The position numbers and the translations under genes were made by a program. Shown here piece by piece: positions 45,554-55,079 of a stretch of 64,000 nucleotides of DNA; the first letter of the stretch is position 1; every line of letters starts with the position of its first letter. This DNA is from Candidatus Aenigmatarchaeota archaeon. GTDB lineage: Archaea; Aenigmatarchaeota; Aenigmatarchaeia; Aenigmatarchaeales; JACQIB01. The stretch spans positions 96,001 through 160,000 of the forward strand of contig JACQIB010000004.1 in assembly GCA_016198755.1 (NCBI GenBank), read 5' to 3'. The notes below the pieces were generated by a model. It saw only the letters and a program-made list of their open reading frames with translations, had not been told where the DNA came from and did no database searches.

Positions 45554-45790
45554 CTAAAACCATTTTTCCTTTCTAATACTTTCTATAAATTTTTTCAGAT
45601 CTTCTGCTTCCTTATCTGACAAATGTTTTTCCCCATGTAATATCTTATTCCAGACTTCTTCCCTGTGTTTTGAATAGTGAGAAATCATATTTTCCAAAAG
45701 TGTTCCCATATTTATCCTGTCTTTTGCTGCCAAACTTTTAAATTCTGCCCATTTATTTTCTCTAACATTCTTTATAGTTTTTAATGTCAT
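45554..45790 (-). CDS. VapB-type antitoxin (RHH-like)
   Basis: 78 aa directly upstream of the PIN gene; TTTAAATA at 45814-45821 and AGTATT repeats at 45795, 45803 and 45812. Confidence 0.75.
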   Translation of the reverse strand: MTLKTIKNVRENKWAEFKSLAAKDRINMGTLLENMISHYSKHREEVWNKILHGEKHLSDKEAEDLKKFIESIRKEKWF

Positions 45791-45930
45791 ATAAAGTATT
45801 ATAGTATTACTAGTATTTAAATATTACCTTAATGCATGAGTTTTGCGCTCTGGAATAACAAACCAGAATACGAAATTTGCGCGGCGGTGTTAAGAAAAAG
45901 CTTTATAAACATTGTTTTCTTAGCTTTCCC

Positions 45931-46551
45931 ATGCAAAAGGCAGGTAAAGTAACAATTTTGGGCACTTCCCATATATCAAAGGAGAGTGTGGGAAATGCTG
46001 TACACCTTATTTTGGAACAGAAGCCAGACTGCGTAGCAGTTGAGCTCTGTCCTGAACGTTTTTTCTCATTAACACACAAAACAAAGGGCTCTTTTCCATC
46101 TCCATTTTATTTTTTCCTCCATCTCTTCCAGCAGTATCTTTCCAGCAAAACAGGTGTGATGGCAGGCTCTGAAATGCTTTATGCTGTTGAAGCAGCGCAG
46201 GCTGTTTCTGCTCATATAGAGTTTATAGATAAGAATATTTCAGAGACAGCAATGAAAATAAAGGCTGTTTCCGGATCAGAGAAGCTCAGGCTTTTTACAG
46301 CCCTTATTTTCTCTCCTTTAGCTTCCAAAAGCTTTAACCTGCAGAAAACACCCTCAAAAAAAGATGTTTCTTCGGCTGTTTCATACCTGAAAGAAAACTT
46401 TCCGCAGCTGCACAGTGTTTTAATAGAGGAGAGAGACAAACATATGTTTTCAAGAATATCGGAACTTAGAAAACACTATAAAAAAATTATTGTTATTGTA
46501 GGTGCAGGACACGAGGCTGGATTAAAGAAGCTTTTAAGGAGACATGCATAA
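45931..46551 (+). CDS. TraB/PrgY-family protein
   Basis: GTSHIS, PDCVAVELC..R, G.EM, ERD..M, VGAGH. Confidence 0.9.
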   Translation: MQKAGKVTILGTSHISKESVGNAVHLILEQKPDCVAVELCPERFFSLTHKTKGSFPSPFYFFLHLFQQYLSSKTGVMAGSEMLYAVEAAQAVSAHIEFIDKNISETAMKIKAVSGSEKLRLFTALIFSPLASKSFNLQKTPSKKDVSSAVSYLKENFPQLHSVLIEERDKHMFSRISELRKHYKKIIVIVGAGHEAGLKKLLRRHA

Positions 46552-47149
46552 ATCTTTAAGGGATGTTTTAATGGACTTTTCAAAAACAGAAGTCAGGGAT
46601 ATAATAATAGCCACATTAGTGCTGGCTTTTGCCTTCTCCGGCCTCCGTAATCTTTCATCTTTTCTTCCAAACCTGCTTGTAGTAGGGCTGGGATTTATTT
46701 TGCACGAGCTGGCTCACAAGTTTGTTGCCCAGAAGTATGGGTTTTTTGCTGAGTTTAGGATGTGGACAATAGGTCTTGCGGTAGCTGCTGTTGGAAGTTT
46801 GATTGGTTTTGTTTTCGCTGCACCCGGTGCAGTGTATATAGCTCCTGCAGTGCGCGGAAAGTTTGCATTCACGGTTCACAACATTACCCGGAAGGAAAAC
46901 GGAATAATCTCTGTTGCAGGAGCTTTGGTAAATATTGTTATTGCAGGTGCATTCTTTGCTATCGGGACTTTTGTTCCTGGGCTAAAGCAGCTTGCCCTAC
47001 AAGGTGCAAGTATAAACTTCTTTCTTGCAGCCTTTAATTTACTGCCAATCCCCCCATTAGACGGCTCAAAAGTTTTTGGATGGAACAAGCTTGTTTGGCT
47101 GGGAACAATAGGAATTGCAGCAGCAGGTTGGCTTTTACTGCATTTCTAA
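46544..47149 (+). CDS. Site-2 (M50) membrane metalloprotease
   Basis: HELAH and NLLPIPPLDG. Confidence 0.92.
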   Translation: MHKSLRDVLMDFSKTEVRDIIIATLVLAFAFSGLRNLSSFLPNLLVVGLGFILHELAHKFVAQKYGFFAEFRMWTIGLAVAAVGSLIGFVFAAPGAVYIAPAVRGKFAFTVHNITRKENGIISVAGALVNIVIAGAFFAIGTFVPGLKQLALQGASINFFLAAFNLLPIPPLDGSKVFGWNKLVWLGTIGIAAAGWLLLHF

Positions 47150-47536
47150 TTACTTCCAGCCGGTTCTCAGAATCAGGCCCAAAGAAACAATAAATCCTCC
47201 AACCCCGAAAGCAACTGCAACATTAGCCAGGAAAAGGGAAAAGAATTCAGGCATTTTTACAAATGTTGTCAATAACAGCACAACTATACTCAACCCTATA
47301 ACACCCAGCAGGAAAGCTGTCTCCTCATTTTTCCTAATATTATAGACTGCAAGATAGGCTCCTGTAAGGCCTAACAGGAGTGTTGCAGTAGGCGCAACGA
47401 AAACTGCTTTTATAGCTGCCTCAGCACTGCTAGCTCCCCAGCTCTGTATTGCAGAAACAATGAAAATCGCTATAAAAGCTATATCCCCCAGCCTGCGTTC
47501 CCAGTCTCCAACAAGTTTCTCCCCGCGCAACGCCAT
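47150..47536 (-). CDS. Small membrane protein
   Basis: About 4 TM helices. Confidence 0.65.
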   Translation of the reverse strand: MALRGEKLVGDWERRLGDIAFIAIFIVSAIQSWGASSAEAAIKAVFVAPTATLLLGLTGAYLAVYNIRKNEETAFLLGVIGLSIVVLLLTTFVKMPEFFSLFLANVAVAFGVGGFIVSLGLILRTGWK

Positions 47537-47598
47537 AGCTATAATGTTAAGAAAGCCAGAATATAAGCTTTAAAAGGATTACCTTTAAGTGATAAATT

Positions 47599-49260
47599 AT
47601 GGGAACTATCGGTATTAATGTAAAAAAGGTTGCGAGCTCCTCCTCCATGGGGCAGTTGGCTAGGTATTTCCAGTTCCAGCCCGGAAAACTTGTAAGGGAA
47701 GATGGAGTTTTTATTGTTTATGTTCCCCCTTCTATGATTCCCAAAAAAGAGAAAGAACAGGAACTTGTTGACTCAATGGGAATTTTTATTGAGGATGTGG
47801 AAACCAACAGAAAGGAAAATAGAAGGGGGGTTTATGAAGATATTCTTTCTTCCAGAAAGCATGAAGGCAGGGGAACATATCAGTGGGTAACTGGAAAAAA
47901 CCCTGCAGATGTTTCGGGAGGTTTTTCTCCTGATATGAAGCAGATGATAGCTCGTTATCTTTCGCAAAACCCACGTCCAACAGATAATTATGATCTTGCC
48001 CAGGAGTTGGGAGACGGAACTGCAAAGGTGCCTCACAATCTTGTACAAAAAGCACTGAATGAACTAAAAGAAGAAGGGTTTATAATGAAGGGTTCTGAAA
48101 AATCTGCTGTTATAGATTATGGGAAAAATATTTTTGGGAGTGATGGTGCAGAGCTTTTTGAAGCCTATATGGAACCGGATTGGAAGGGAAGGAAAATAGA
48201 CAGTGAAGCTCAGGCAAGGGCAAAGGCTGTTCTTAATTGCAGGGTTCAGGAACTTTCAGCAACAAATGCGATAAGGGAATTGGCGTTGGATGAAACACTG
48301 AATCTTATAGAAGGTGGATTTAATAGAGAAGATATTTTTGCAGAGGATTTGTCAAGTCTCATAAGAAAAGGGCAGTTGGGACTGGCTTATACAAAGATTG
48401 TAACTGAAATAGGAAGATTAGAAAGGCTTTACGATCCAAAGCATATAGAACATTTGGAAGAGCTGAGGGACAGGGAACTTCCAAGGCTTCAGGCAGCTGT
48501 TGGTGCACTGGAAGATTATGCGAACAGGGAAGCTGCAGCTAGGAAAGAAGGACGCAGACTAAGGGGAAATTTGAGCATGATTAAAGGGTCTTTAAGGTCT
48601 GCAGAAAGAGCCGTTGATTCTATAAAATCTGACAAGTCAACGCCTCCGCAGTATTTGGAAGATATTGGATATGCTTTAACACATTTATCAGAAACCGTTG
48701 AGAAGGCAGTCAGAGCGCAGGAAGTTAGAACAGCAGGAGTTTTGCCTGCTGTGCTTAGGTTAAAGCCATTGATAGGAAGACTGGCAGAACTTGTTGACGG
48801 CAAAGAGCCTCCGGGAAAGTTAAAGATTCTTAATGATGTAAGAAAAGCTGTGGCTGCTCTGGATTCTGTATATGGAATAAGAAAAGGGTTTTATACAGAT
48901 GCACAGGGACTTTTTGACAGGAGTTTTATTTTGAGACATTTTAATCTGCCTGAAGTGCAGGGTGTTATATCCGGAATGCGGGAGTTGGGAGAGGGTATGG
49001 ACTCTGTGGAAGTTTATGTGCTGCGCGGGATTGGAAAAGTCGAGAAACATAGAGGTGTTATGGAGCTGCATTCTGTTTCTGAAGCTGAAGCTGCAGTATT
49101 GGGAGATTTTGGAGGAAGAGCACATATAAACTCTTCTGAAATGCCTCCGGAAAGCCTGCATACAGTGGAGTCACTTCTGTTGGCCTTGGATGAGCCGGGT
49201 TTCCCGTATGTTATTAAAGCAAAAGAACAAATTAGAACAGAAGAAGAGAAGAAAAAGTAG
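47599..49260 (+). CDS. Hypothetical helical protein with a possible internal wHTH
   Basis: 553-aa ORF; YDLAQEL...VQKALNELKEEGFI segment; coiled-coil-like middle. Confidence 0.6.
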   Translation: MGTIGINVKKVASSSSMGQLARYFQFQPGKLVREDGVFIVYVPPSMIPKKEKEQELVDSMGIFIEDVETNRKENRRGVYEDILSSRKHEGRGTYQWVTGKNPADVSGGFSPDMKQMIARYLSQNPRPTDNYDLAQELGDGTAKVPHNLVQKALNELKEEGFIMKGSEKSAVIDYGKNIFGSDGAELFEAYMEPDWKGRKIDSEAQARAKAVLNCRVQELSATNAIRELALDETLNLIEGGFNREDIFAEDLSSLIRKGQLGLAYTKIVTEIGRLERLYDPKHIEHLEELRDRELPRLQAAVGALEDYANREAAARKEGRRLRGNLSMIKGSLRSAERAVDSIKSDKSTPPQYLEDIGYALTHLSETVEKAVRAQEVRTAGVLPAVLRLKPLIGRLAELVDGKEPPGKLKILNDVRKAVAALDSVYGIRKGFYTDAQGLFDRSFILRHFNLPEVQGVISGMRELGEGMDSVEVYVLRGIGKVEKHRGVMELHSVSEAEAAVLGDFGGRAHINSSEMPPESLHTVESLLLALDEPGFPYVIKAKEQIRTEEEKKK

Positions 49261-49354
49261 TATTTTTACTACTGTATAGTAAAAAGATGACCTATTAAAT
49301 AGTTTACGGATTCAAGTTTTATTACTACTATTAAAAGATAATAGTGATTTGTAT

Positions 49355-51223
49355 ATGGCAACACCATCAGCTGGTCTTGGGATGAAAGGCAGTTCAAATA
49401 TTGTGGGAGCTGTAGGTGCAGCTGTAGGAATGGCGCTGACTGCTCTGGGAGGTGCTGTTGTAGAGCACCACAAAGATACAGGAAGTTATAATATCTTTGA
49501 ACCGGTAGCAAAGGAACCAAAACCAACTCCAAGCAAGGAAAACAAAAGTCTTGATCATTCAGGAGAATTATTGTTCGGGTTTTCACCAGACGGGGCACTG
49601 CATGTGCCAGATGAAGATGGATTTGCACATGCAGCGCTCAACGGAACTCCAAACGAAAAGCTGTTGGAGGGTGGTGATGTAGGTCAGATTATTTTGGATC
49701 CTGCAAAGGGAAGGGTTAACATAACAATAGAAAAGGATTCTGATACGTACACAGTAAGGGTTCCTTATGATGTGGCTTTGAAGGCACTTCAGAATATAGA
49801 GGATACTGCTGCAAAACATGCTGGTGGAAAAGCCAGGAGTGTAAAGCTTGTTCCAGATAATTTTCTTAAAACTCCAACTGGCTCTGCAGCAGAGGCTGCT
49901 TATTTGATGCATGCTGATGGGAAGAAGCTTGCTGGGGGTAGTGACGCAAGGTACACCATTAATGTAAGTTATGAATTTATGGATTCTGCAGGAAAACCAC
50001 TTCTTAAACCAAGGGCACGTGCAACAATAACAATAGATGGTTCAACCCCACGCACTCCTATAACACAGGAAGTCAGTCCAGGTTCTTCTGGCTGGGCAGG
50101 TGGGGATGTTATAAATCTGTTGGATGGAGCTGACAATGGAGTTTTAGATAAGGAAGCACATGGTTGGATAGACACACTTCTAGATTCTCTTTTCAATAAT
50201 AGTATGCTGGAAACTCTCGGAGTTCAGCATGATAATGGATTCAGGGAAGGTAATGAAACTGCAAGGAATGCTATAGTGGGTTTGCTTGGAATAGAGCCGC
50301 AGTACATGAATGGTTCTGCTCATTTGAATGTAACAGACACTTTAAAGGAACTTGCTTTCTTAAGGAACCTGAACAACACACTGAACAATGCAAGTGCAAC
50401 CCGCGAAAGCTTTACAGATGGGGTACCACCAGTTGTTGATGCACTCTTCCGCTATCTTGGATTTGGAAACGATACTATACAAAAGCTTCTTTCAGCAAAC
50501 GGACTGCCTTCCGGAGCAAATCAAACTCCGGCCGGTTTAGATAATCTTGTTACAAAAATGAACTACAGGATAGGCGAACTTCAGGGAAACCTGAGCAAAC
50601 TGGAAAGGACAGATACACTCAATTATAGACAATTAATGCAGGCATATGGGCAAAACGGTTCTCTTTTATCAACACTTCTCAAAGGTTCCATGGAAGCCAG
50701 ATATTTCAGTGATGGGAAGAATGGATCAGCTAAAGTACGGGGAGCTGATGTTTACTTTAGGCCAAATGGTTCAAGCGAACTTGTTGTTCATGCAACAGAT
50801 GGAGACAAGATAATAAATGTAAGCGCTGAACAGGCTTTGGACATTTCACTTGAGTCTGCAATGTTAAAGGGTTCAACGCGCGAACTTGCCTTTGAACGCG
50901 GTAATGAAGAGCTTGGATATTCAACAGATCTTATAGATGCATCTTTAGGTAATTTGAATGCTTCCCTGCCTGAGCTGCAGGATTATTTCTTGGGGACATT
51001 CTCCCCGAACAACAGCCTTCTTTCACACTTGCCGAGCATTGGTGTGGATAACTTGGCAAACGTAACAAATGTTACAGTTTATGATACTCCTAACAGCGTG
51101 AAAAAGAGCGGTATGGGAGGATTTGCTGTTGTCAGGTATGATAATAACAATGTCGGTGTATTTGGAATAGCAAAAACTGATATGACTGCATTTTTAGGGG
51201 CTCTTGGGGAAGCTTTGGGGTAA
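49355..51223 (+). CDS. Hypothetical membrane-anchored extracellular protein
   Basis: N-terminal Gly/Ala-rich hydrophobic helix; many NxS/T sequons in the C-terminal half. Confidence 0.6.
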   Translation: MATPSAGLGMKGSSNIVGAVGAAVGMALTALGGAVVEHHKDTGSYNIFEPVAKEPKPTPSKENKSLDHSGELLFGFSPDGALHVPDEDGFAHAALNGTPNEKLLEGGDVGQIILDPAKGRVNITIEKDSDTYTVRVPYDVALKALQNIEDTAAKHAGGKARSVKLVPDNFLKTPTGSAAEAAYLMHADGKKLAGGSDARYTINVSYEFMDSAGKPLLKPRARATITIDGSTPRTPITQEVSPGSSGWAGGDVINLLDGADNGVLDKEAHGWIDTLLDSLFNNSMLETLGVQHDNGFREGNETARNAIVGLLGIEPQYMNGSAHLNVTDTLKELAFLRNLNNTLNNASATRESFTDGVPPVVDALFRYLGFGNDTIQKLLSANGLPSGANQTPAGLDNLVTKMNYRIGELQGNLSKLERTDTLNYRQLMQAYGQNGSLLSTLLKGSMEARYFSDGKNGSAKVRGADVYFRPNGSSELVVHATDGDKIINVSAEQALDISLESAMLKGSTRELAFERGNEELGYSTDLIDASLGNLNASLPELQDYFLGTFSPNNSLLSHLPSIGVDNLANVTNVTVYDTPNSVKKSGMGGFAVVRYDNNNVGVFGIAKTDMTAFLGALGEALG

Positions 51224-51229
51224 TCGCAT

Positions 51230-54145
51230 ATGGATGCAAAAAAGATAGTGCTGGTTGCGGTACTGAGTTTTCTAGTCTTAATTATACCTGTCTTTGCAGC
51301 AAACTATAATCTTACTGTATATACTTATGATAAGAACACGGGAGTAAGTCTTGGTACAGACTACATAAAGGTTCTTGATTCTTCCGGAAATGTTGCCTGC
51401 CGAACAGCAGGTGCAGGGTTTAGTTCTCTTATATGTAACCTTCCAAAGGCACAATACACAATACAGGCATACAATCCAAAATACAATCCTATGGTAGACA
51501 CATTTACACTGCGCTCAGATCAGACGCGTCATTTATTCCTTGTCCCTGATATAACTTTGCCCATTTCAGCACTTTCTGCATCAGGTACAAAGGGAAATCC
51601 TATTAATGGTGTGGACTGGTATACAACTGCAGTTGTAGTGGATATATCATGTTCTGATGCTTCTGGCAGTGGTTGCAACAAAATTTATGCCACGCTTGGT
51701 AAAGACTCTTACGTAAGCCAGTCAGGTCAGCCACTTTCCATACAAGTTAACTCCGATGGGAGTTATACTCTAAAATATTATTCTGTTGATATGGCAGGTA
51801 ACAGGGAAAATGAAAAGGAATATGTATTTGGGGTAGACACAACACCTCCTGTTATTGCTGGTGCAGGCTCAGATTGGACAAATGTTGCACAGCAATTCAA
51901 TCCATCCTGTTCTGATCCTGAATCGGGCTGCGGAACATTTTTTGGATACGTTTCCTCTACAGTTATAGCACAGTGTCCTGCAACTCCCGCATCTTATAAT
52001 GTTCCATTGCCTGCTGCAGTTTCTACTCATGTATTTTGGTGTGCTGGGGCAGCAAATAATGTTGGACTTTTCAGTTTTACTCCATTGCCTTTTGAGTTCA
52101 AAGTTGATTTAGTTCCGCCAGTTGTAACATCCAGAGATATTCCCAATGGAACAGTTTATTCCCCTTCTCAGGTTTACTGGTTCAATGCAACCATTTCAGA
52201 TAATGAAGTTCTCCAAACAGTTGAATTTGATTTGGATGGGCAGCGCTTTTTGCCTACAAATGACAACGGAGAATATGGAATTAATTTTGTTGGACTCGGT
52301 GCTGGAACACATTCCTATCGCTGGAGAGCAGTGGACATGGCAAGGAATGACCATGTTTTTGTAAACAATCTCGTAATAACAAAGGCTCCAACAAGCATGT
52401 CACTAACAGTAGATGGATCTTCCCTAAGGCAGATGATTGATGTTGATACACAGTTCACTCTAAGAGCAGAGCTGAATGCATCAGGCTTACTTTCAATTAC
52501 ATCTGATTTCCCATGGTTTTCCCAGATTTCAAGCCAAAGTCCAACACAGTCAGCAATAACTTTTAACAATACAGGCACATTTACAATAACAGCAGATTTT
52601 GCAGGTGATAACAACTATCTGCCTTCCTCAGCTTCAATCATTATTGATTCTGTTGAAAGGCCTGATACAGAAGCTCCTGTCTTGGTTTTTGTTTCCCCTT
52701 TAAATGAAAGCACTGTGCAAACTTCAACTGTTCCAATAGAATTCACTGTATCCGATGCAAATCCCTATACAATAAACCTGAGCATTGATGGTGCAACACC
52801 TACAGTTATAACAGGCAGCACAACTCTTAACCTCTCCCAAAACTCTGTACACACTTTAACATTTTCTCTGCAGGATATTCTAGGAAATACAGCAAACTAT
52901 GTTCTGCAGTTTACAATACCTATTTTGAGCACTGTGTCAGACAGCATTATAGATGGCGTTAATTTTACAGGTGACGTTTTGAATGCTCTCGAAGGAAGAA
53001 GCACTTTTGTGCGCTCTGAGATTGTAAACTCCACAGTTTCTATCTCAAATCTAACTGATTCCAGACTTGTGCGCAGCACAATAGAGAACACAAACTTAAC
53101 AAATTCCAAGGTTACTGATGCAACTCTTAAGAATTCTGTTTTGCTTCGCAGCACTTTCATTGGAAAGGAAGCTGAGGATGTTTTTGCAGAAGACAGTTTC
53201 TTGGATCCAGGCAACTTCACAGGTTCAAAATTCAAAAACTGCAATATTGTAAACTCTAATGTTACCTATAGCAATGTTGCAGACTGTTCAATAACAGACA
53301 GCAATGTTAATGGTTCAGTAATTGTTGGAAGCACGTTTAATCTAAAAAGTTATGTTTTCAACAATTCAGATGTTCATGGAATTGATGGAACAGGAGTTAA
53401 CATAACAAATGACAAGCTTGTTTCCGGTACAGTAACATACAAAGGCAACAGCTTTACAGCACCAATGACTTTGTCAGATATTTACAATTATGTTGCTTCA
53501 GAACAACAAAAAGATCCGGGCCCATGGGCTACTGGCGGTGGCGGAGGCGGTGGAGGATTTACTCCAGTCTATTCTGTTTCAGCTTCAGCTGATGGAAGTT
53601 CTTTTGATATGAAACAGGGAGATGTAAATAGGCTGACAGTAGAATTGGAGAATAAAGGAAATATGATGCTTACAGGTTTGACATTTACACTTACAGAAAT
53701 ACCTGCTAATTGGTACAGCTTTGAAGGCCTTCCTGCTTCTCTTGAGGCAGGGCAGAAAACAAATATAACAGTGGTTTTCGCTCCCACAGGAGTAAGTGCT
53801 GATAAAACAGGAAAGCTTTTGGTAAACAGCACAGAAGGAGCTGTTTCCGAGGTTCCAGTTTCAATAAAGTTCACAGGCTCAGCTCCTCAGACAACCACAA
53901 CAATACCTGAAGTAAAGGTAAATGCAACTCTCCCAGGAACAACAACCACAACAACAGTAGGACCAAATCCATTGACAGGTTTCTTTACGGTTATTGGAGG
54001 CAATCCAGCAGCAGTTGCAGTTGTAGGAATAGTGCTGGTTGTTATAGGTTCAATTGGCTGGAGCATGAGAAGTGATTCTGCAAAGAAAAAGCGCGCAGCT
54101 GTAGCTGAGGCAGAAGAAACCGAACAGGAAGGCAATAACAATTAA
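51230..54145 (+). CDS. Multi-Ig surface protein with beta-helix segment and C-terminal TM
   Basis: Signal peptide, DxTxP / YYSVD.AGN.E Ig repeats, 5-residue-period I/V-x-N/D-S region, poly-Gly linker, NEW3-like domain, TM. Confidence 0.8.
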   Translation: MDAKKIVLVAVLSFLVLIIPVFAANYNLTVYTYDKNTGVSLGTDYIKVLDSSGNVACRTAGAGFSSLICNLPKAQYTIQAYNPKYNPMVDTFTLRSDQTRHLFLVPDITLPISALSASGTKGNPINGVDWYTTAVVVDISCSDASGSGCNKIYATLGKDSYVSQSGQPLSIQVNSDGSYTLKYYSVDMAGNRENEKEYVFGVDTTPPVIAGAGSDWTNVAQQFNPSCSDPESGCGTFFGYVSSTVIAQCPATPASYNVPLPAAVSTHVFWCAGAANNVGLFSFTPLPFEFKVDLVPPVVTSRDIPNGTVYSPSQVYWFNATISDNEVLQTVEFDLDGQRFLPTNDNGEYGINFVGLGAGTHSYRWRAVDMARNDHVFVNNLVITKAPTSMSLTVDGSSLRQMIDVDTQFTLRAELNASGLLSITSDFPWFSQISSQSPTQSAITFNNTGTFTITADFAGDNNYLPSSASIIIDSVERPDTEAPVLVFVSPLNESTVQTSTVPIEFTVSDANPYTINLSIDGATPTVITGSTTLNLSQNSVHTLTFSLQDILGNTANYVLQFTIPILSTVSDSIIDGVNFTGDVLNALEGRSTFVRSEIVNSTVSISNLTDSRLVRSTIENTNLTNSKVTDATLKNSVLLRSTFIGKEAEDVFAEDSFLDPGNFTGSKFKNCNIVNSNVTYSNVADCSITDSNVNGSVIVGSTFNLKSYVFNNSDVHGIDGTGVNITNDKLVSGTVTYKGNSFTAPMTLSDIYNYVASEQQKDPGPWATGGGGGGGGFTPVYSVSASADGSSFDMKQGDVNRLTVELENKGNMMLTGLTFTLTEIPANWYSFEGLPASLEAGQKTNITVVFAPTGVSADKTGKLLVNSTEGAVSEVPVSIKFTGSAPQTTTTIPEVKVNATLPGTTTTTTVGPNPLTGFFTVIGGNPAAVAVVGIVLVVIGSIGWSMRSDSAKKKRAAVAEAEETEQEGNNN

Positions 54146-54221
54146 GGTTTTTCTAACACTAAACAGGCGGCTTTATATACTATGAGAGAGTAATAAATAT
54201 TATACGACAAGAGGCGATGGT

Positions 54222-54341
54222 ATGTACGAAGAAATGTTATTGCCTGAAGACAAGAGAAAGGTAGTTGAGGAAGAAGATAAGAAAGAAGCTACAGATCCTG
54301 AACACAGAGTCAGGGAGTTTGCAGCAGATCTATACGACTAA
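54222..54341 (+). CDS. 39-aa acidic small protein (not in ORF track)
   Basis: TTTATATA promoter (54172-54179), GAGGCGA SD-like motif, MYEEMLLPEDKRKVVEEEDKKEATDPEHRVREFAADLYD*. Confidence 0.5.
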   Translation: MYEEMLLPEDKRKVVEEEDKKEATDPEHRVREFAADLYD

Positions 54342-54349
54342 CCATAGAT

Positions 54350-55030
54350 TTACTCTTCTTTTTCTTTCCCTATTGTAAAATCAGTAAGCCCTTTTTGTTT
54401 TTTCTTCCCTTTCAATTCCCTTACAGTCTCCCAGCTATGCCTTATCCATTCCAGATTCTTTTTTTCCTTTAAACATTTTTTAACAAATTCTATTGTTCTT
54501 GAATCATGCGGATATCCAACACCAAAATTCACACCTACAAGTTTCTTTATTTGTTCAATTTCCCTGTCTCTCTCAACTTTGGCTAAAATAGAAGCTGCTG
54601 AAACAACAGGCCAGTTCTTATCAGCATAATTTTCAGCTATAATTTTTGTATGGTTCTTTGCCATAGCCAAAAGATAGGCTTTGAATTTCTCCGTTGAAAC
54701 CTGCGGCGCATCCACTACAGCAGTATCGGGCCCGAAAACTTTTATTATCTCAGCCATTTTCTCAGCTTCAATCCTGTTCAGGTTCTTCTTTGCAGCTCTC
54801 ATTTCGTCTATTTGCTGAGCTGAAATTTTAATTAACACAAAATCCTTAACAACAGCCTTTATTTTAATTTCCAGTTTCTCTCTTTGTAAAGGAGTAAGAA
54901 GTTTGCTGTCTTTCGCCCCCATTTCCTTTAGCTTTTTTTCATCCGTCTCCTCTATAACAACCCCGCCAATAACCAATGGCCCGACGACTGCACCACGCCC
55001 AGCCTCATCAATACCCAAAAGCGTTCTCAT
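54350..55030 (-). CDS. rnhB: Ribonuclease HII
   Basis: GIDEAGRG, DSKLL, VSAASILAKV.RD; GGAGGTG SD before MRTLL. Confidence 0.96.
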   Translation of the reverse strand: MRTLLGIDEAGRGAVVGPLVIGGVVIEETDEKKLKEMGAKDSKLLTPLQREKLEIKIKAVVKDFVLIKISAQQIDEMRAAKKNLNRIEAEKMAEIIKVFGPDTAVVDAPQVSTEKFKAYLLAMAKNHTKIIAENYADKNWPVVSAASILAKVERDREIEQIKKLVGVNFGVGYPHDSRTIEFVKKCLKEKKNLEWIRHSWETVRELKGKKKQKGLTDFTIGKEKEE

Positions 55031-55079
55031 TCTCACACCTCCTATAATGTCTTTAATGCTGAGCAGAATATAAGCCTTC

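Noticed and set aside
45931-47149. TraB plus M50 protease pair as a conjugation or novel system
   Set aside because: TraB/PrgY-family genes are common in archaeal chromosomes, often beside M50 proteases; no conjugation genes are present.
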